Of a DNA stretch of 20,955 bases, positions 11,022 through 19,742 are shown in pieces; position 1 is the stretch's first letter, and every line of letters begins with the position of its first letter. Location of the stretch: the NCBI GenBank assembly GCA_044222065.1, contig JBGAOA010000071.1, forward strand, positions 1 to 20,955, read 5' to 3'. The translations under genes and the position numbers were made by a program. Origin of the DNA: Candidatus Eiseniibacteriota bacterium. GTDB lineage: Bacteria > Eisenbacteria > RBG-16-71-46. Under the pieces are notes generated by a model. It was given only the letters and a program-made list of their open reading frames with translations. It had not been told where the DNA came from and ran no database searches.

Positions 11022-11848
11022 CGCAGTGTGAATTTCACGGGCACCGCGACCCACACGGCGATGGAAGCGCCCTTGGACTTGGCCGGCTTGAAGCGCCACT
11101 TGCGGACGGCATCGATCGCCGACTCGGAGAGCCCCGGGATCGGCTTCGTGACACGCACGTCCTTCACGAGGCCGTCGCGACCGACGAGCGCCTGCACGAT
11201 GACGGTGCCTTCGATTCCCGCCTCTCGCGCCGCCTTCGGGTAGCGCGGCGAGGTCTTGTCGAGCACCTCGGGCAGCTCCTCGACGTAGACGAACTCGCCG
11301 AAGCGCGGCAGCCCCGAACCGTCGGGAACGGCGTGAGCGTCGGGTTCGAAACCGCGCGGACGCGTGCTGTCCGGAATGGCGTGAGCGTCGGGACCGCGAA
11401 CCGGCGGCTCGTCCGGTGCGCTCACGCGCCTCCAGATTTCCTCGCGTGTCGGACGCGATCCGATCACGTCCGAGAACTGCGCGCGGATCTCGCCCGCGCC
11501 CGTGAGCGCGAATCGCAGCCCGCCGAATTCGTACGGGCCGCGGGGTTCCCAGGCCTGGCCGGGCGAGCGCCACACGCCGTCGAAGCGGCCGTCGAGGAAC
11601 CAGCCGAGCGCGACGAAGCGCTTGCCGGCCGTGATGTTCACGACGCGATCCCCGCCCGCACTGATCATGAGGAAGCCGTTCGGATCGGTGTCCGAGACCC
11701 AGATGCCGTTGAGCGGCGCGGTGGCCGAGTCGGCGAGCATCGCGTAGCGCTCCGGGCGCCGAGACGCGCCACCGTCGGGCGGCGGGCCTTGCGCGATCGC
11801 CGGTGCGGCGAGCGCGACGAGAAAAAGTGCGAGGTCGAAGACGCGCAT
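11018..11848 (-). CDS. Exported protein with TonB C-terminal domain (energy transducer TonB family)
   Basis: SD GGAGG, ATG 11848, signal peptide MRVFDLALFLVALAAPAIA-Q; C-terminal PRYPKAAREAGIEGTVIVQALVGRDGLV...AIDAVRKWRFKPA...VPVKFTL. Confidence 0.85.
   Translation of the reverse strand: MRVFDLALFLVALAAPAIAQGPPPDGGASRRPERYAMLADSATAPLNGIWVSDTDPNGFLMISAGGDRVVNITAGKRFVALGWFLDGRFDGVWRSPGQAWEPRGPYEFGGLRFALTGAGEIRAQFSDVIGSRPTREEIWRRVSAPDEPPVRGPDAHAIPDSTRPRGFEPDAHAVPDGSGLPRFGEFVYVEELPEVLDKTSPRYPKAAREAGIEGTVIVQALVGRDGLVKDVRVTKPIPGLSESAIDAVRKWRFKPAKSKGASIAVWVAVPVKFTLR
11321..11392. repeat. Two-copy 24-nt imperfect direct repeat (period 48 nt) encoding PDAHA(I/V)PD in the TonB linker
   Basis: gtcgggaacggcgtgagcgtcggg (11321-11344) versus gtccggaatggcgtgagcgtcggg (11369-11392). 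Confidence 0.8.
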
Positions 11849-11913
11849 GGACGGCCTCCAGCCGCGTGAGGGGTGAACGACGCGCGCGAGCATGGTCCCG
11901 TCTGCGCCGGAAT

Positions 11914-13812
11914 TCAACGCCCGGCTTCGGCGCGCATCGCCGAGTCCACGCTCGCGAGTGCGGCGAGCGCGGGCGGATCGCCCGGCTGGTAGCTGAGCAG
12001 GATCTCGAGCTGGCGCTTCGACTCGGCCCACTCGCCGCGGAGCGCGTGCACGCGCGCGAGCGTGAAGCGCCCGTCGAGTTCGGGCGCGTAGAGCGCGAGC
12101 GCGCGCCGCGCGGCGGCCTCGGCGGCGTCGAACTCGCCGAGCGTTGCGAGCGCGTACGCCCGCTTGCCCAGCACCTCGCCGCGGAACACGACGGCGTTCG
12201 AGTCGAGCTGCAGCGACTCGGCGCGCGCGAGCGCCGCAAGCCCCGCGGGCACGTCTCCGGCGTTCAGCGCATCGAGTGCGGCGAGCAGCGCGCGCAGCGC
12301 GCCGGGCTCGACGAGCGCCACTTCGTCTGCGCGGCCGTTCTCGTACTCGACCACCGTCGTCACCGGCCGCGACGCGTCCTTGCGCCATTCCGTGAAGCGC
12401 ACCCAGCGGAGCGTCGAGTCGCCGTACCAAACGTGCAGCGCCGGCTTGTTGCCGAACGCGAATTCGGTGAGGCGCGCGAAATTTCGCTGCACGACCGCCG
12501 AGCCGGGCGGCAGCGTCGGGTAGCGCTCGGCGAGGGCCGCGCGCACGTCGATCACGAAGCGCTGGAGGCGCGTGAGGCGCGGGATGTCGATGGACGCCCC
12601 CCACGCCGGCACCTCGCTCGTCACGTCGCGCGAGGGCGGCGGCCCGACGGCGGTGAGCGCGAGCCGCAGCGCGAGCCAGCCGAAGAGCAGCGAGCGATCG
12701 GTGGCCGCGAGCAGCACGGGGATCGCGACACCGGCGCCGAGTCCGACGAACGCCATGCGGTAGGCGCCCCAGCCGGGATAGAACGGCACGAGCGTGAGCC
12801 CGAGCGCCACGCACCACGCGCCGCCCCACGCGAGCCACGGCCACGTCGCGCGCGAACGAGACGCCGCGCCGCGCTTCACGACGAGCGTGACGAGCCACGC
12901 CACCGCGAGCAGCCCCGCGGCGAGGAACGCCGGCGCGTCGCGCTTCGTCGCGATCGGCGGCAGGCTCAGGAGCGCGCGCACGCCCCACCCCGCGACCACC
13001 GTCACGCGGTGGAGCAGCGGCTCCGAGCGCGCCGCGAGTTCGATCTCGGTCGCGCCCGGCGGCACGAGCGGCGCGTGCACCCACACCCAGCGGTAGAGCG
13101 CGCCCCACGCCGCGACGAGCACCGCGAACGCCGCGATCCACCGCAGCCGCTCGCGCAGGTCGCGGAAGCGCACTGCCGGACACACGAGCACGAGCGCCGC
13201 GCCGACGACGCCGACCTCCTTGCAGAGGAACGACGCGAGCGCCGCGGCGAGGAACGTCGCGAGCCGCCGCGCGACGGCTTCGTGCAGCGCGAGCGCGACG
13301 AACAGGATGCAGCCGACGTCCTGGAAGTTGCTCGGCCACGCGATGAGCATGCGGCTCGATTCCATGAACGGCACGAACGTCGCGGCGGCGAACGCCGGCC
13401 AGGACCCCAGCGCAGGACGCAGGGCGCGGTAGAGCAGCGCGCCCGCGAGAGCGAGGCACGCGAGATGGAGCAGCGCGACCGTGAACGGCGACGACAGCAG
13501 CGTGCCGTAGAGCGCGCCGTAATACGCCTGCCGCGCGAGCGGTCGCCAGTAGAGCTGCGAGCCGAAGCCGTCGAGCCAGCCCCAGTGCGGCGTGAAACGC
13601 ATGTGGTGCAGGTACTCGTAGTCGTCCGCGACCGGCTCGCCGAGCGGCGCGCCCGCGCTGGTCGCGAGCAGGACGAGAGCCGCGAGCGCCGAGAGCCAGA
13701 GCAGCGGATCGCGCCACGCCGGAGGCGCGGGCGATGCGGCCTCGGGCGCGCCCGCGCGCGCCGTCTCGGACACGGCGGCAACGCTGCGCTTTCGTCGGCG
13801 ATCCGGAGGCAT
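11914..13812 (-). CDS. Multi-pass membrane protein with C-terminal TPRs; GT-C (TMTC/PMT-like) glycosyltransferase candidate
   Basis: First TM followed by ADDY...YWRPL, later LASFLCKE; about 10 hydrophobic segments; TPR-like C-terminus (LGKRAYALATLGEFDAAEAAARRALAL). Start could be GTG 13773. Confidence 0.7.
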   Translation of the reverse strand: MPPDRRRKRSVAAVSETARAGAPEAASPAPPAWRDPLLWLSALAALVLLATSAGAPLGEPVADDYEYLHHMRFTPHWGWLDGFGSQLYWRPLARQAYYGALYGTLLSSPFTVALLHLACLALAGALLYRALRPALGSWPAFAAATFVPFMESSRMLIAWPSNFQDVGCILFVALALHEAVARRLATFLAAALASFLCKEVGVVGAALVLVCPAVRFRDLRERLRWIAAFAVLVAAWGALYRWVWVHAPLVPPGATEIELAARSEPLLHRVTVVAGWGVRALLSLPPIATKRDAPAFLAAGLLAVAWLVTLVVKRGAASRSRATWPWLAWGGAWCVALGLTLVPFYPGWGAYRMAFVGLGAGVAIPVLLAATDRSLLFGWLALRLALTAVGPPPSRDVTSEVPAWGASIDIPRLTRLQRFVIDVRAALAERYPTLPPGSAVVQRNFARLTEFAFGNKPALHVWYGDSTLRWVRFTEWRKDASRPVTTVVEYENGRADEVALVEPGALRALLAALDALNAGDVPAGLAALARAESLQLDSNAVVFRGEVLGKRAYALATLGEFDAAEAAARRALALYAPELDGRFTLARVHALRGEWAESKRQLEILLSYQPGDPPALAALASVDSAMRAEAGR

Positions 13813-13860
13813 CGTGGCGTGCGGCTCCTCGCGCGCGACCCCGCGCCGCGCGTCGCGGCG

Positions 13861-13889
13861 ACGCTAGGGGGGGCTCACGACGCGGTCAA
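13861..13889 (-). promoter_or_regulatory. Putative sigma70-type promoter for the GT-C/TPR gene
   Basis: Minus strand TTGACC (13889-13884) - 17 nt - TAGCGT (13866-13861). Confidence 0.5.
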
Positions 13890-13927
13890 CCTCGAACGCG
13901 GCAAGGCGGCGAACGGACGCGGACGGT

Positions 13928-13957
13928 TTGAGCCGCGCGCCGCGCCCCCCGTATCCT
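13928..13957 (+). promoter_or_regulatory. Putative sigma70-type promoter for moaA
   Basis: TTGAGC (13928-13933) - 18 nt - TATCCT (13952-13957), 26 nt before the ATG. Confidence 0.45.
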
Positions 13958-13983
13958 TCCCGCGCACCGCGACACTCACCCAC

Positions 13984-14979
13984 ATGACCTACGCCCCGCT
14001 CATCGACAGCCACGGACGCACCGTCCGCGACCTGCGCATCTCGGTCACCGACCGGTGCAATCTGCGCTGCACGTACTGCATGCCGGCCGAAGGCATGCCG
14101 TGGCTGCCGAAGGACCACATCCTCACCTACGAGGAGATCGCGCGCTTCACGCGCATCGCGGTCGAACGCGGCGTGACGGGCGTGCGGCTCACGGGCGGCG
14201 AGCCGACGGTGCGCGCCGACCTCGCGGTGCTCGTCTCGATGCTGCGCGCGATCCGTGACGACCTCGACCTGTCGATCACGACGAACGCGCTGCGCCTGCC
14301 GGCGATGGCGACAGCACTCCGTGACGCCGGCCTCGCGCGCGCCAACATCAGCCTGGACACGCTCGACCGCGCGCGCTTCCAGAAGCTCACGCGCCGCGAC
14401 CTGCTGCCCGAAACGCTCGAAGGCATCGACGCCGCGGTGCGCGCCGGATTCGCGCCGATCAAGCTCAACGCGGTGCTGATGCGCGGAGTGAACGACGACG
14501 AGGCGGTGCCGCTCGCCCGCTGGGCGCGCGAGCGCGGCTTCGAGCTGCGCTTCATCGAGTGGATGCCGCTCGACGCCTCGCGCGGCTGGTCGCGCGAGCT
14601 GCTCGTGCCGGCGAGCGAGACGCTCGCGCGCATCGAAGCCGAGTTTCGGCTCGAGCTCGTCGAGGGCGAGGACCCGAGTGCGCCCGCGACGATGTACCGC
14701 TACCGCGACGGCGGCGGCCGCGTGGGCGTGGTCGCATCGGTGACGCGGCCGTTCTGCGGGCGCTGCGACCGCATCCGACTCACCGCGGACGGGCAGATCC
14801 GCACGTGCCTGTTCTCGCTCACGGAGTACGACTTCCGCGAGGCGCTGCGTTCGGGCGCGAGCGACGATGCGATCGCCGCGCTGCTGCGCGCGGCCGTGCT
14901 GCGCAAGGAACCCGGGCACCTGATCAACAGCCCGTTCTTCGAGCAGCCCTCGAGAGGCATGAGCGCGATCGGGGGGTGA
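13984..14979 (+). CDS. moaA: GTP 3',8-cyclase (molybdenum cofactor biosynthesis, radical SAM)
   Basis: LRISVTDRCNLRCTYCMP (CxxxCxxC), RLTGGEP, RFIEWMP, FCGRCDRIRLTADG...CL and C-terminal MSAIGG. Confidence 0.97.
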   Translation: MTYAPLIDSHGRTVRDLRISVTDRCNLRCTYCMPAEGMPWLPKDHILTYEEIARFTRIAVERGVTGVRLTGGEPTVRADLAVLVSMLRAIRDDLDLSITTNALRLPAMATALRDAGLARANISLDTLDRARFQKLTRRDLLPETLEGIDAAVRAGFAPIKLNAVLMRGVNDDEAVPLARWARERGFELRFIEWMPLDASRGWSRELLVPASETLARIEAEFRLELVEGEDPSAPATMYRYRDGGGRVGVVASVTRPFCGRCDRIRLTADGQIRTCLFSLTEYDFREALRSGASDDAIAALLRAAVLRKEPGHLINSPFFEQPSRGMSAIGG

Positions 14980-14989
14980 GTGGACGGAC

Positions 14990-15008
14990 GGGGGCGCGCG
15001 CCGCCCCC
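14990..15008. terminator. GC hairpin between the convergent moaA and DinB genes (possible terminator)
   Basis: gggggcg-cgcgc-cgccccc forms a 7-bp stem; no U-tract on either strand. Confidence 0.3.
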
Positions 15009-15544
15009 TACCTCGCGTCGATCTCCGACTTGATGCGCACGATCTGGCGGCGGTGGCGCTCCTCGTGCCAGCTCACGAAGTCGATCATGTCGAGGAACGG
15101 GATCGCGCCGAAGATCGGATGCGCGAGTTTCAGGCGCGACACATCGCGCGTTCGCGCGTCCTCGAGCACCGCGAGCAGCGCCGCGCGCGAGCCGTCGAGC
15201 CGCGCGAGCACGTCGGCGCGCGCCGGCGGGTCGGCGGGATCGAGCGCGTTCGCGGTGCGCACGCGCACGAGGTCGGCCACGCCGAGCTTGAAGAGCAGGC
15301 GGAACAGCGGATCGAGCGGTCCGGACTTGGCGCTCACGCCCTTCTCCATCGCGCGCCGCGATCCTGCGGCCACCGCGGCTTCCACGCGCGCGAGGTGCTC
15401 GACGGCCTGCCCTACGCACCAGCCGCGGCTCGGGCGCTTCGTCCAGCGCTCGCCGTCCACGCCCTCGATCTCGGACAGCAGCCGCCGACGCGCGGAGTCG
15501 AGCCGTGCCTCCACCTGGTCGTAGCGATCGAGGCGGACGATCAC
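15008..15544 (-). CDS. DinB/YfiT family protein
   Basis: W.KRPSRGWCVGQAVEHL, HPIFGAI, HEERHRRQI (His triad pattern); GTG start overlaps the murB stop. Confidence 0.88.
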   Translation of the reverse strand: MIVRLDRYDQVEARLDSARRRLLSEIEGVDGERWTKRPSRGWCVGQAVEHLARVEAAVAAGSRRAMEKGVSAKSGPLDPLFRLLFKLGVADLVRVRTANALDPADPPARADVLARLDGSRAALLAVLEDARTRDVSRLKLAHPIFGAIPFLDMIDFVSWHEERHRRQIVRIKSEIDAR

Positions 15545-16536
15545 GCGGCCCGCACCTCGCCCGGGATCTGCGGGCGCTTGCCCAGGAACATCACTTCCTC
15601 CTCGAGCACGACGCCGAAGCGCTCCTTCACGCGCCGCTTCATCTCGGCCGCGAGTTCAAGCACGTCGCGGGCCGTCGCGTGCCCGGCGTTGACGAGGATG
15701 TTCGCGTGCTTCGCGAACACCATGGCATCGCCGACGCGCAGGCCCCGGCACTCGCACTCGTCGAGCAGCTGGCCAGCGGCGACGCGGTGCGTGCCGGGCG
15801 AGAGCTTCGCCCCCGGCATCTGCCAGTCGGGCGGCAGGTTCTTGAAGTAGCTTCCGGCCGTGGGCTCGATGCGCCACTGCGGGTGCTTCACGCGCCGGAT
15901 CTCGAGCTTCTCGTCGATCTCCTTCTGGCTCGCGGCCAGCTCCCCCTTCGCGAGCTGCAGCAGGCACGACAGCAGCACGCGCGGTTCGCGCTTGAGCTTC
16001 GAATCGCGATAGGCGAACTCGTACCAGGGCGCTGGCTTCGTCTCGACGACGGCGCCGTCGAGCGTCGCGTGCGTGCACTCGATCACGAACGAGCCGAGGT
16101 CCTTGCCGTAGCAGCCGGCATTGCCGAACAGCGCGCCGCCGATCGAGCCCGGAATGCCGGCCGCGAACTCGAGCCCCGCGAGCCCGCGATCGCGGCACGT
16201 CAGGATGAACTCGAGGAAGTCCTTGCCGCACTCGACGTGCGCCGCGGTGCCGTCGAACTCGACCGCCTCGCACGCGTTCTTCACGACGAGCCCGCGCACG
16301 CCGTCGTCCGACACGAGCAGGTTGCTGCCGCCGCCAAGCAGGAACACGGGCAGCTCCAGCTCGTGCGCCGCCTTCAGGGCGTTCACGAGCTGCGTCGTCG
16401 TTTCGGCCGCGACGAAGTAGTCGGCGGGCCCGCCGATGCGGAACGTCGTGTGGTGGCGCAACGGCTCCGCGGTGCGGAACCCGTCGCCGACGGCATCGCG
16501 CAGGCGCTGTTCGATGGAGCGGACCGGTTTGAGCAT
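15541..16536 (-). CDS. murB: UDP-N-acetylenolpyruvoylglucosamine reductase
   Basis: HTTFRIGGPAD, LGGGSNLLVSDDG, GIPGSIGGALFGNAG, FAYRDS, PTAGSYFKN, KHAN, LEEEV; start ATG 16536. Confidence 0.96.
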   Translation of the reverse strand: MLKPVRSIEQRLRDAVGDGFRTAEPLRHHTTFRIGGPADYFVAAETTTQLVNALKAAHELELPVFLLGGGSNLLVSDDGVRGLVVKNACEAVEFDGTAAHVECGKDFLEFILTCRDRGLAGLEFAAGIPGSIGGALFGNAGCYGKDLGSFVIECTHATLDGAVVETKPAPWYEFAYRDSKLKREPRVLLSCLLQLAKGELAASQKEIDEKLEIRRVKHPQWRIEPTAGSYFKNLPPDWQMPGAKLSPGTHRVAAGQLLDECECRGLRVGDAMVFAKHANILVNAGHATARDVLELAAEMKRRVKERFGVVLEEEVMFLGKRPQIPGEVRAA

Positions 16537-16651
16537 GGCGTGCGCACGTTCGCCGATCGCGCCGCCGCCGGTCAAACCTCGCGCAGGTCCTTGCACGGTG
16601 TGCGCGCGGCGCGCGATAGTGCGCGCACACGCTTCACCCAGGGAGGCACGC

Positions 16652-16876
16652 ATGCCGAAGGTCGAGATCACCTACTGCGTTTCTTGAAACTACCTTCCCC
16701 GGGCCGTCGGTCTGGCGGCCGAGCTGAAGAAGGCGCGCGGCATCGAAGCGACGCTGATCAAGGGGCAGGGCGGGTGCTTCGAAGTGGTCGTGGACGGAGC
16801 GCTCGTGTACTCGAAGAAGGCGCTCGGACGCTTCCCCGATCCGGGCGAAGTGCTCGAGAAGATCCCGGCCTCGTAG
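16652..16876 (+). CDS. SelW/SelT/SelH (Rdx family) selenoprotein, Sec at UGA 16685-16687
   Basis: SD GGGAGG (16641-16646), ATG 16652. Reading through the TGA gives MPKVEITYCVS-U-NYLPRAVGLAAELKKARGIEATLIKGQGGCFEVVVDGALVYSKKALGRFPDPGEVLEKIPAS*, with Rdx motifs ITYCxxU, GGxFEV and SKK..GRFP. Confidence 0.93.
16702..16720 (+). promoter_or_regulatory. Bacterial SECIS element
   Basis: GGCCGUC-GGUCU-GGCGGCC stem-loop whose apical loop begins 21 nt after the UGA; the CGGUCUG apex resembles the E. coli fdhF SECIS apex CAGGUCUG. Confidence 0.8.
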
Positions 16877-16880
16877 CGGC

Positions 16881-17246
16881 TCACCCGCGAGCGGCGCCCT
16901 TCTCGAGCCGGAGCCGGTAGCGCCGCTCGCCTGTGCGCTCGAACACGAGCGCGTCCCCGACTTCGAGCCCGCGTTCGCGGCACCAGCGCATCATGCCGGG
17001 CTGCTTCGGCGAGCGCGGGCGGAAGAGCCACGTGCCGTACTGGATGTCGGTCTCGAACTCGAAGCCGAGATCGGTCTCGATCGTGACCGGCTTCACGTCG
17101 TAAGGCCGCGGCGCGTCGGCGGGTCCGCGCGGCCCGATCGCGTCGGGCGGGAAGAAGTCGAGCACGTCCCACAGCGGCACGTTCCGCTCGGTGAAGGTCC
17201 AGCGGTCGGCGTCGTTGCGGATCGGGATGCGACGCTCGTCGCTCAC
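16881..17246 (-). CDS. Hypothetical 121-aa protein, possible DNA-binding pseudobarrel (B3/EcoRII-N-like)
   Basis: GTG 17246 overlaps the upstream stop (GTGA). [11 protein letters not shown]...DFFPPDAIG...[15 protein letters not shown]...[30 protein letters not shown]; normal residue composition, unlike the upstream part of ORF 16881..18899. Confidence 0.7.
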   Translation of the reverse strand: MSDERRIPIRNDADRWTFTERNVPLWDVLDFFPPDAIGPRGPADAPRPYDVKPVTIETDLGFEFETDIQYGTWLFRPRSPKQPGMMRWCRERGLEVGDALVFERTGERRYRLRLEKGAARG

Positions 17247-18934
17247 CGCGCCGAGTCGCGCGCGGCCGCGAGCACGTCCTCGCCGAGCCCCGTCAGCAGC
17301 CAGCCCTTCGCCGCGAGCTCGTGCTTCCGCACGACCGCGATCACGACCGAGTCCATCGGCACCGACGGCGCGCCCGCGATCTTCGCGACCGCGTCGGCGT
17401 AAGGCGTGCCTTCGCGCGAGACGAGGATGAAGTGCTTCTCGAGCCACCGCGGGTTCGCGTGCAGCACGTAGCGGCGGCGCGTGCCGTCGGGCTCGCGCGC
17501 GTGGCGCCACAGGTCCCACAGGTCGCGCGCGGTCGTCGTGAACATGACGTCCACGCGGCTGCCGAACGTGTACACGGGATCGGTGCGGCCGTAGGTCGGC
17601 ACCCAATCGGCGCCGTACTTCGCGTTGTGCGCGTCGGTCAGGCCGAGGATGTCGCGCACGTAGAGATTCGGGCCGCCGCGGTACGGGAACTCGCCGACCA
17701 TGTTCGCGGCCACGATCGGCGGCGGCTCCATCGCCGCGAGCGTGCGGGCGACGTCGGTCTGCCACACGTCGAAGTCCGTCCCGCGCAGCGCCCGCGCGGT
17801 GAGCGGATTGCCGATCCGCGGCACGCCCTCCATGCCGCGCCACGCGCCCGCGACGAGCAGCAGTGCTGCGAGCACCGGGCCCGCGCGGCCGCCGAGTTCG
17901 AGCCCCGCCCACACGAGCATCAGCAGCACGAGCCCCCACGTCGGCACGGCGTGGCGGTTGAACGGCATCCAGTCGCCCGCGGCCCACACGCTGATTCCCA
18001 CACCGAGCCCCGCGAGCAGCAGGTACACGAGCGCCGGGGATGCGAGTCCGCGCCGGCGCACGAACTGCAGCGCGATCGCCGCGAGCGGCGGAACGAGCAG
18101 CGGGATCGCGAGCATCTCGTCGCGCGCGCCGCGCCACAGCAGCCGGATCAGCTCGCGCGGCGACTCGCGGTGGTGCAGCACCTCGCCGAGCGTGTGCGTC
18201 ATGACGGACTTGGAGCGCATCGAGGACGGCAGCCACTCGCCGAAGAACGAGTAGCGCACGAGGAACAGGATCGCGATCACGATCACCGTGAAGCCCGCGG
18301 GGCCGAAGCCCGAGCGCACGTCCCACGCGCCGCGCTGGCGCGCGACGAGGTACGTGAGCGCGAGCAGCGCGACCGCGTACACCGGGCCCTCCGCGCGCAC
18401 GATCACGAGCAGCGGCAGCCACAGCATCATGGGGCGGTACTCGCGCCGCTCGATCGCATCGAGCGCCGCGAGCGCCGCGCCCGTGAGCACGAAGCCGAAG
18501 ATCGCCGTGTCGAGTCCCGACGCGGCGTAGAAGACGACGCCGGCCGAGAGCGCCGCGCCGAGCGGCACGAGCACGTGCGCCCACACGGCGCCCGGCAGGA
18601 GCCGCCGCGCCGCGTGCCCGACCAGCACGAGCGTGCCTGCGGTGAAGAGCCCGCTCAGCGCGGGGCCCGCGAACTCGGGCGCGATGCCGATCTTCGCCGT
18701 GAGCGTGAGCAGCATCGTCCACAGCACGCTCGAGAAGCCCTCGACGCGCTCGCCCGGGTTGAACACGGGCCCGAGCCCGGCGGCCCAGTTCGCGGCGTAG
18801 CGGTAGAAGATGTACGCGTCGTCCACGCGCGCCGGCGGCTGGCCGAAGTAGTACGCGGCGAGCGCGACGAGCGCGGGCGCGTCGGTCCACGCGATCCACG
18901 CGGGACGCGGCGCCGGTGCGGCGGGTGCGGACAT
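17243..18934 (-). CDS. Membrane GT-C-type glycosyltransferase candidate (AftB/GT39-like)
   Basis: SD GAGGAG, ATG 18934; [55 protein letters not shown] and DILGLTD motifs; many TM segments. Confidence 0.78.
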   Translation of the reverse strand: MSAPAAPAPRPAWIAWTDAPALVALAAYYFGQPPARVDDAYIFYRYAANWAAGLGPVFNPGERVEGFSSVLWTMLLTLTAKIGIAPEFAGPALSGLFTAGTLVLVGHAARRLLPGAVWAHVLVPLGAALSAGVVFYAASGLDTAIFGFVLTGAALAALDAIERREYRPMMLWLPLLVIVRAEGPVYAVALLALTYLVARQRGAWDVRSGFGPAGFTVIVIAILFLVRYSFFGEWLPSSMRSKSVMTHTLGEVLHHRESPRELIRLLWRGARDEMLAIPLLVPPLAAIALQFVRRRGLASPALVYLLLAGLGVGISVWAAGDWMPFNRHAVPTWGLVLLMLVWAGLELGGRAGPVLAALLLVAGAWRGMEGVPRIGNPLTARALRGTDFDVWQTDVARTLAAMEPPPIVAANMVGEFPYRGGPNLYVRDILGLTDAHNAKYGADWVPTYGRTDPVYTFGSRVDVMFTTTARDLWDLWRHAREPDGTRRRYVLHANPRWLEKHFILVSREGTPYADAVAKIAGAPSVPMDSVVIAVVRKHELAAKGWLLTGLGEDVLAAARDSAR

Positions 18935-19039
18935 GCGGCTCCTCACGGTCGGAGTCGTGCCCCGGGCGCGCGTGGGTCGCACACGGAGACGAAGTGGTCG
19001 CGCAGCTTCGCCGACGCGACCCCGAGCGTCAATGCGGGG

Positions 19040-19735
19040 CTACTTCGCCCGCACCGTCCACACGAACAGCACCGCGCGGTTCGTGCCCGCGATGTCGTCG
19101 AACACGCGCGTGAGCCCGGCCTTGTAGCGGAACTCGAACGACCACACGGCGTCCTTCACCGCGAAGTCGAGGCCGAGCCCGCCGACGCCCGACAGCTCGA
19201 AGCGCTGCGCATCGCGCGGCGCGGGGCCGTGGAACAGGAACTCGGGGCTCTGCGTGAGACGCAGCGACGGCGTGAGCCCCGCGCTCCAGCGGAAGCCCGT
19301 GTGCCCGAGCGCGGGCAGCGGGCCGCGAGCGAGCAGAGGCAGCTCGAGGTGCACGAAGTTCACGTTGAAGTTCGTGTGGATCGTGGAGCTGAGCGTGTCC
19401 CCGAGCAGGCTCAAGTAGCCGATCGAGACGCTGTCCTCGACCTCGGCGCCGCGCAGCGCGATGCCGAGGCCGGCGCGCAGTTCGTAGCCGCCGCCGACGG
19501 GATGCGACAGGAACGCGCCGAGTTCGTAGCCGAGCTGCGCCGAAGGGATCGCGTCGCCGAGATCGCCCGAGAGCCACGTCACGGCGGGCGCGAGCGTCAC
19601 CGACGGTTTCCAGTCACGGAGCCCCGCCGGAGCGCGGCCCTGGACGGCGGCGCCCGCGTCGGCGTGCGCCGTGACTGCGAACGATGCGCTTCCGAGCGCG
19701 CACAGTGCGAGCGCGCGGATCAATCGCCTCAACAA
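19040..19735 (-). CDS. Outer-membrane beta-barrel protein (OMP_b-brl_2/PorT-like)
   Basis: Signal peptide ending AHA, alternating amphipathic strands, FVHLELPLLAR and FEFRYKAGLT motifs. Confidence 0.65.
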   Translation of the reverse strand: MLRRLIRALALCALGSASFAVTAHADAGAAVQGRAPAGLRDWKPSVTLAPAVTWLSGDLGDAIPSAQLGYELGAFLSHPVGGGYELRAGLGIALRGAEVEDSVSIGYLSLLGDTLSSTIHTNFNVNFVHLELPLLARGPLPALGHTGFRWSAGLTPSLRLTQSPEFLFHGPAPRDAQRFELSGVGGLGLDFAVKDAVWSFEFRYKAGLTRVFDDIAGTNRAVLFVWTVRAK

Positions 19736-19742
19736 CGGAACC

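Noticed and set aside
13813..13983. Possible Moco riboswitch upstream of moaA
   Set aside because: The space is taken by two divergent promoter candidates leaving only a ~20-nt leader, and no Moco RNA motif features are recognisable.
16685..16687. Pseudogene or genetic code 4/25 explanation for the in-frame TGA
   Set aside because: TGA is used as a normal stop in many genes here (carA, carB, pyrB, moaA, murB), and this one falls at the CxxU position with a SECIS-like hairpin downstream.
13984..16876. Functional Mo/Se cluster (moaA plus the selenoprotein)
   Set aside because: The genes are separated by oppositely oriented murB and DinB genes; no other Moco or sel genes are present, so proximity is likely coincidental.
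18935..19039. Hairpin gggtcgc/gcgaccc with inner cgaag/cttcg, considered as a c-di-GMP riboswitch
   Set aside because: It lacks the GCAAA and GNRA-receptor elements; it may simply overlap a promoter (TTGACG-17-GAAGCT on the minus strand).
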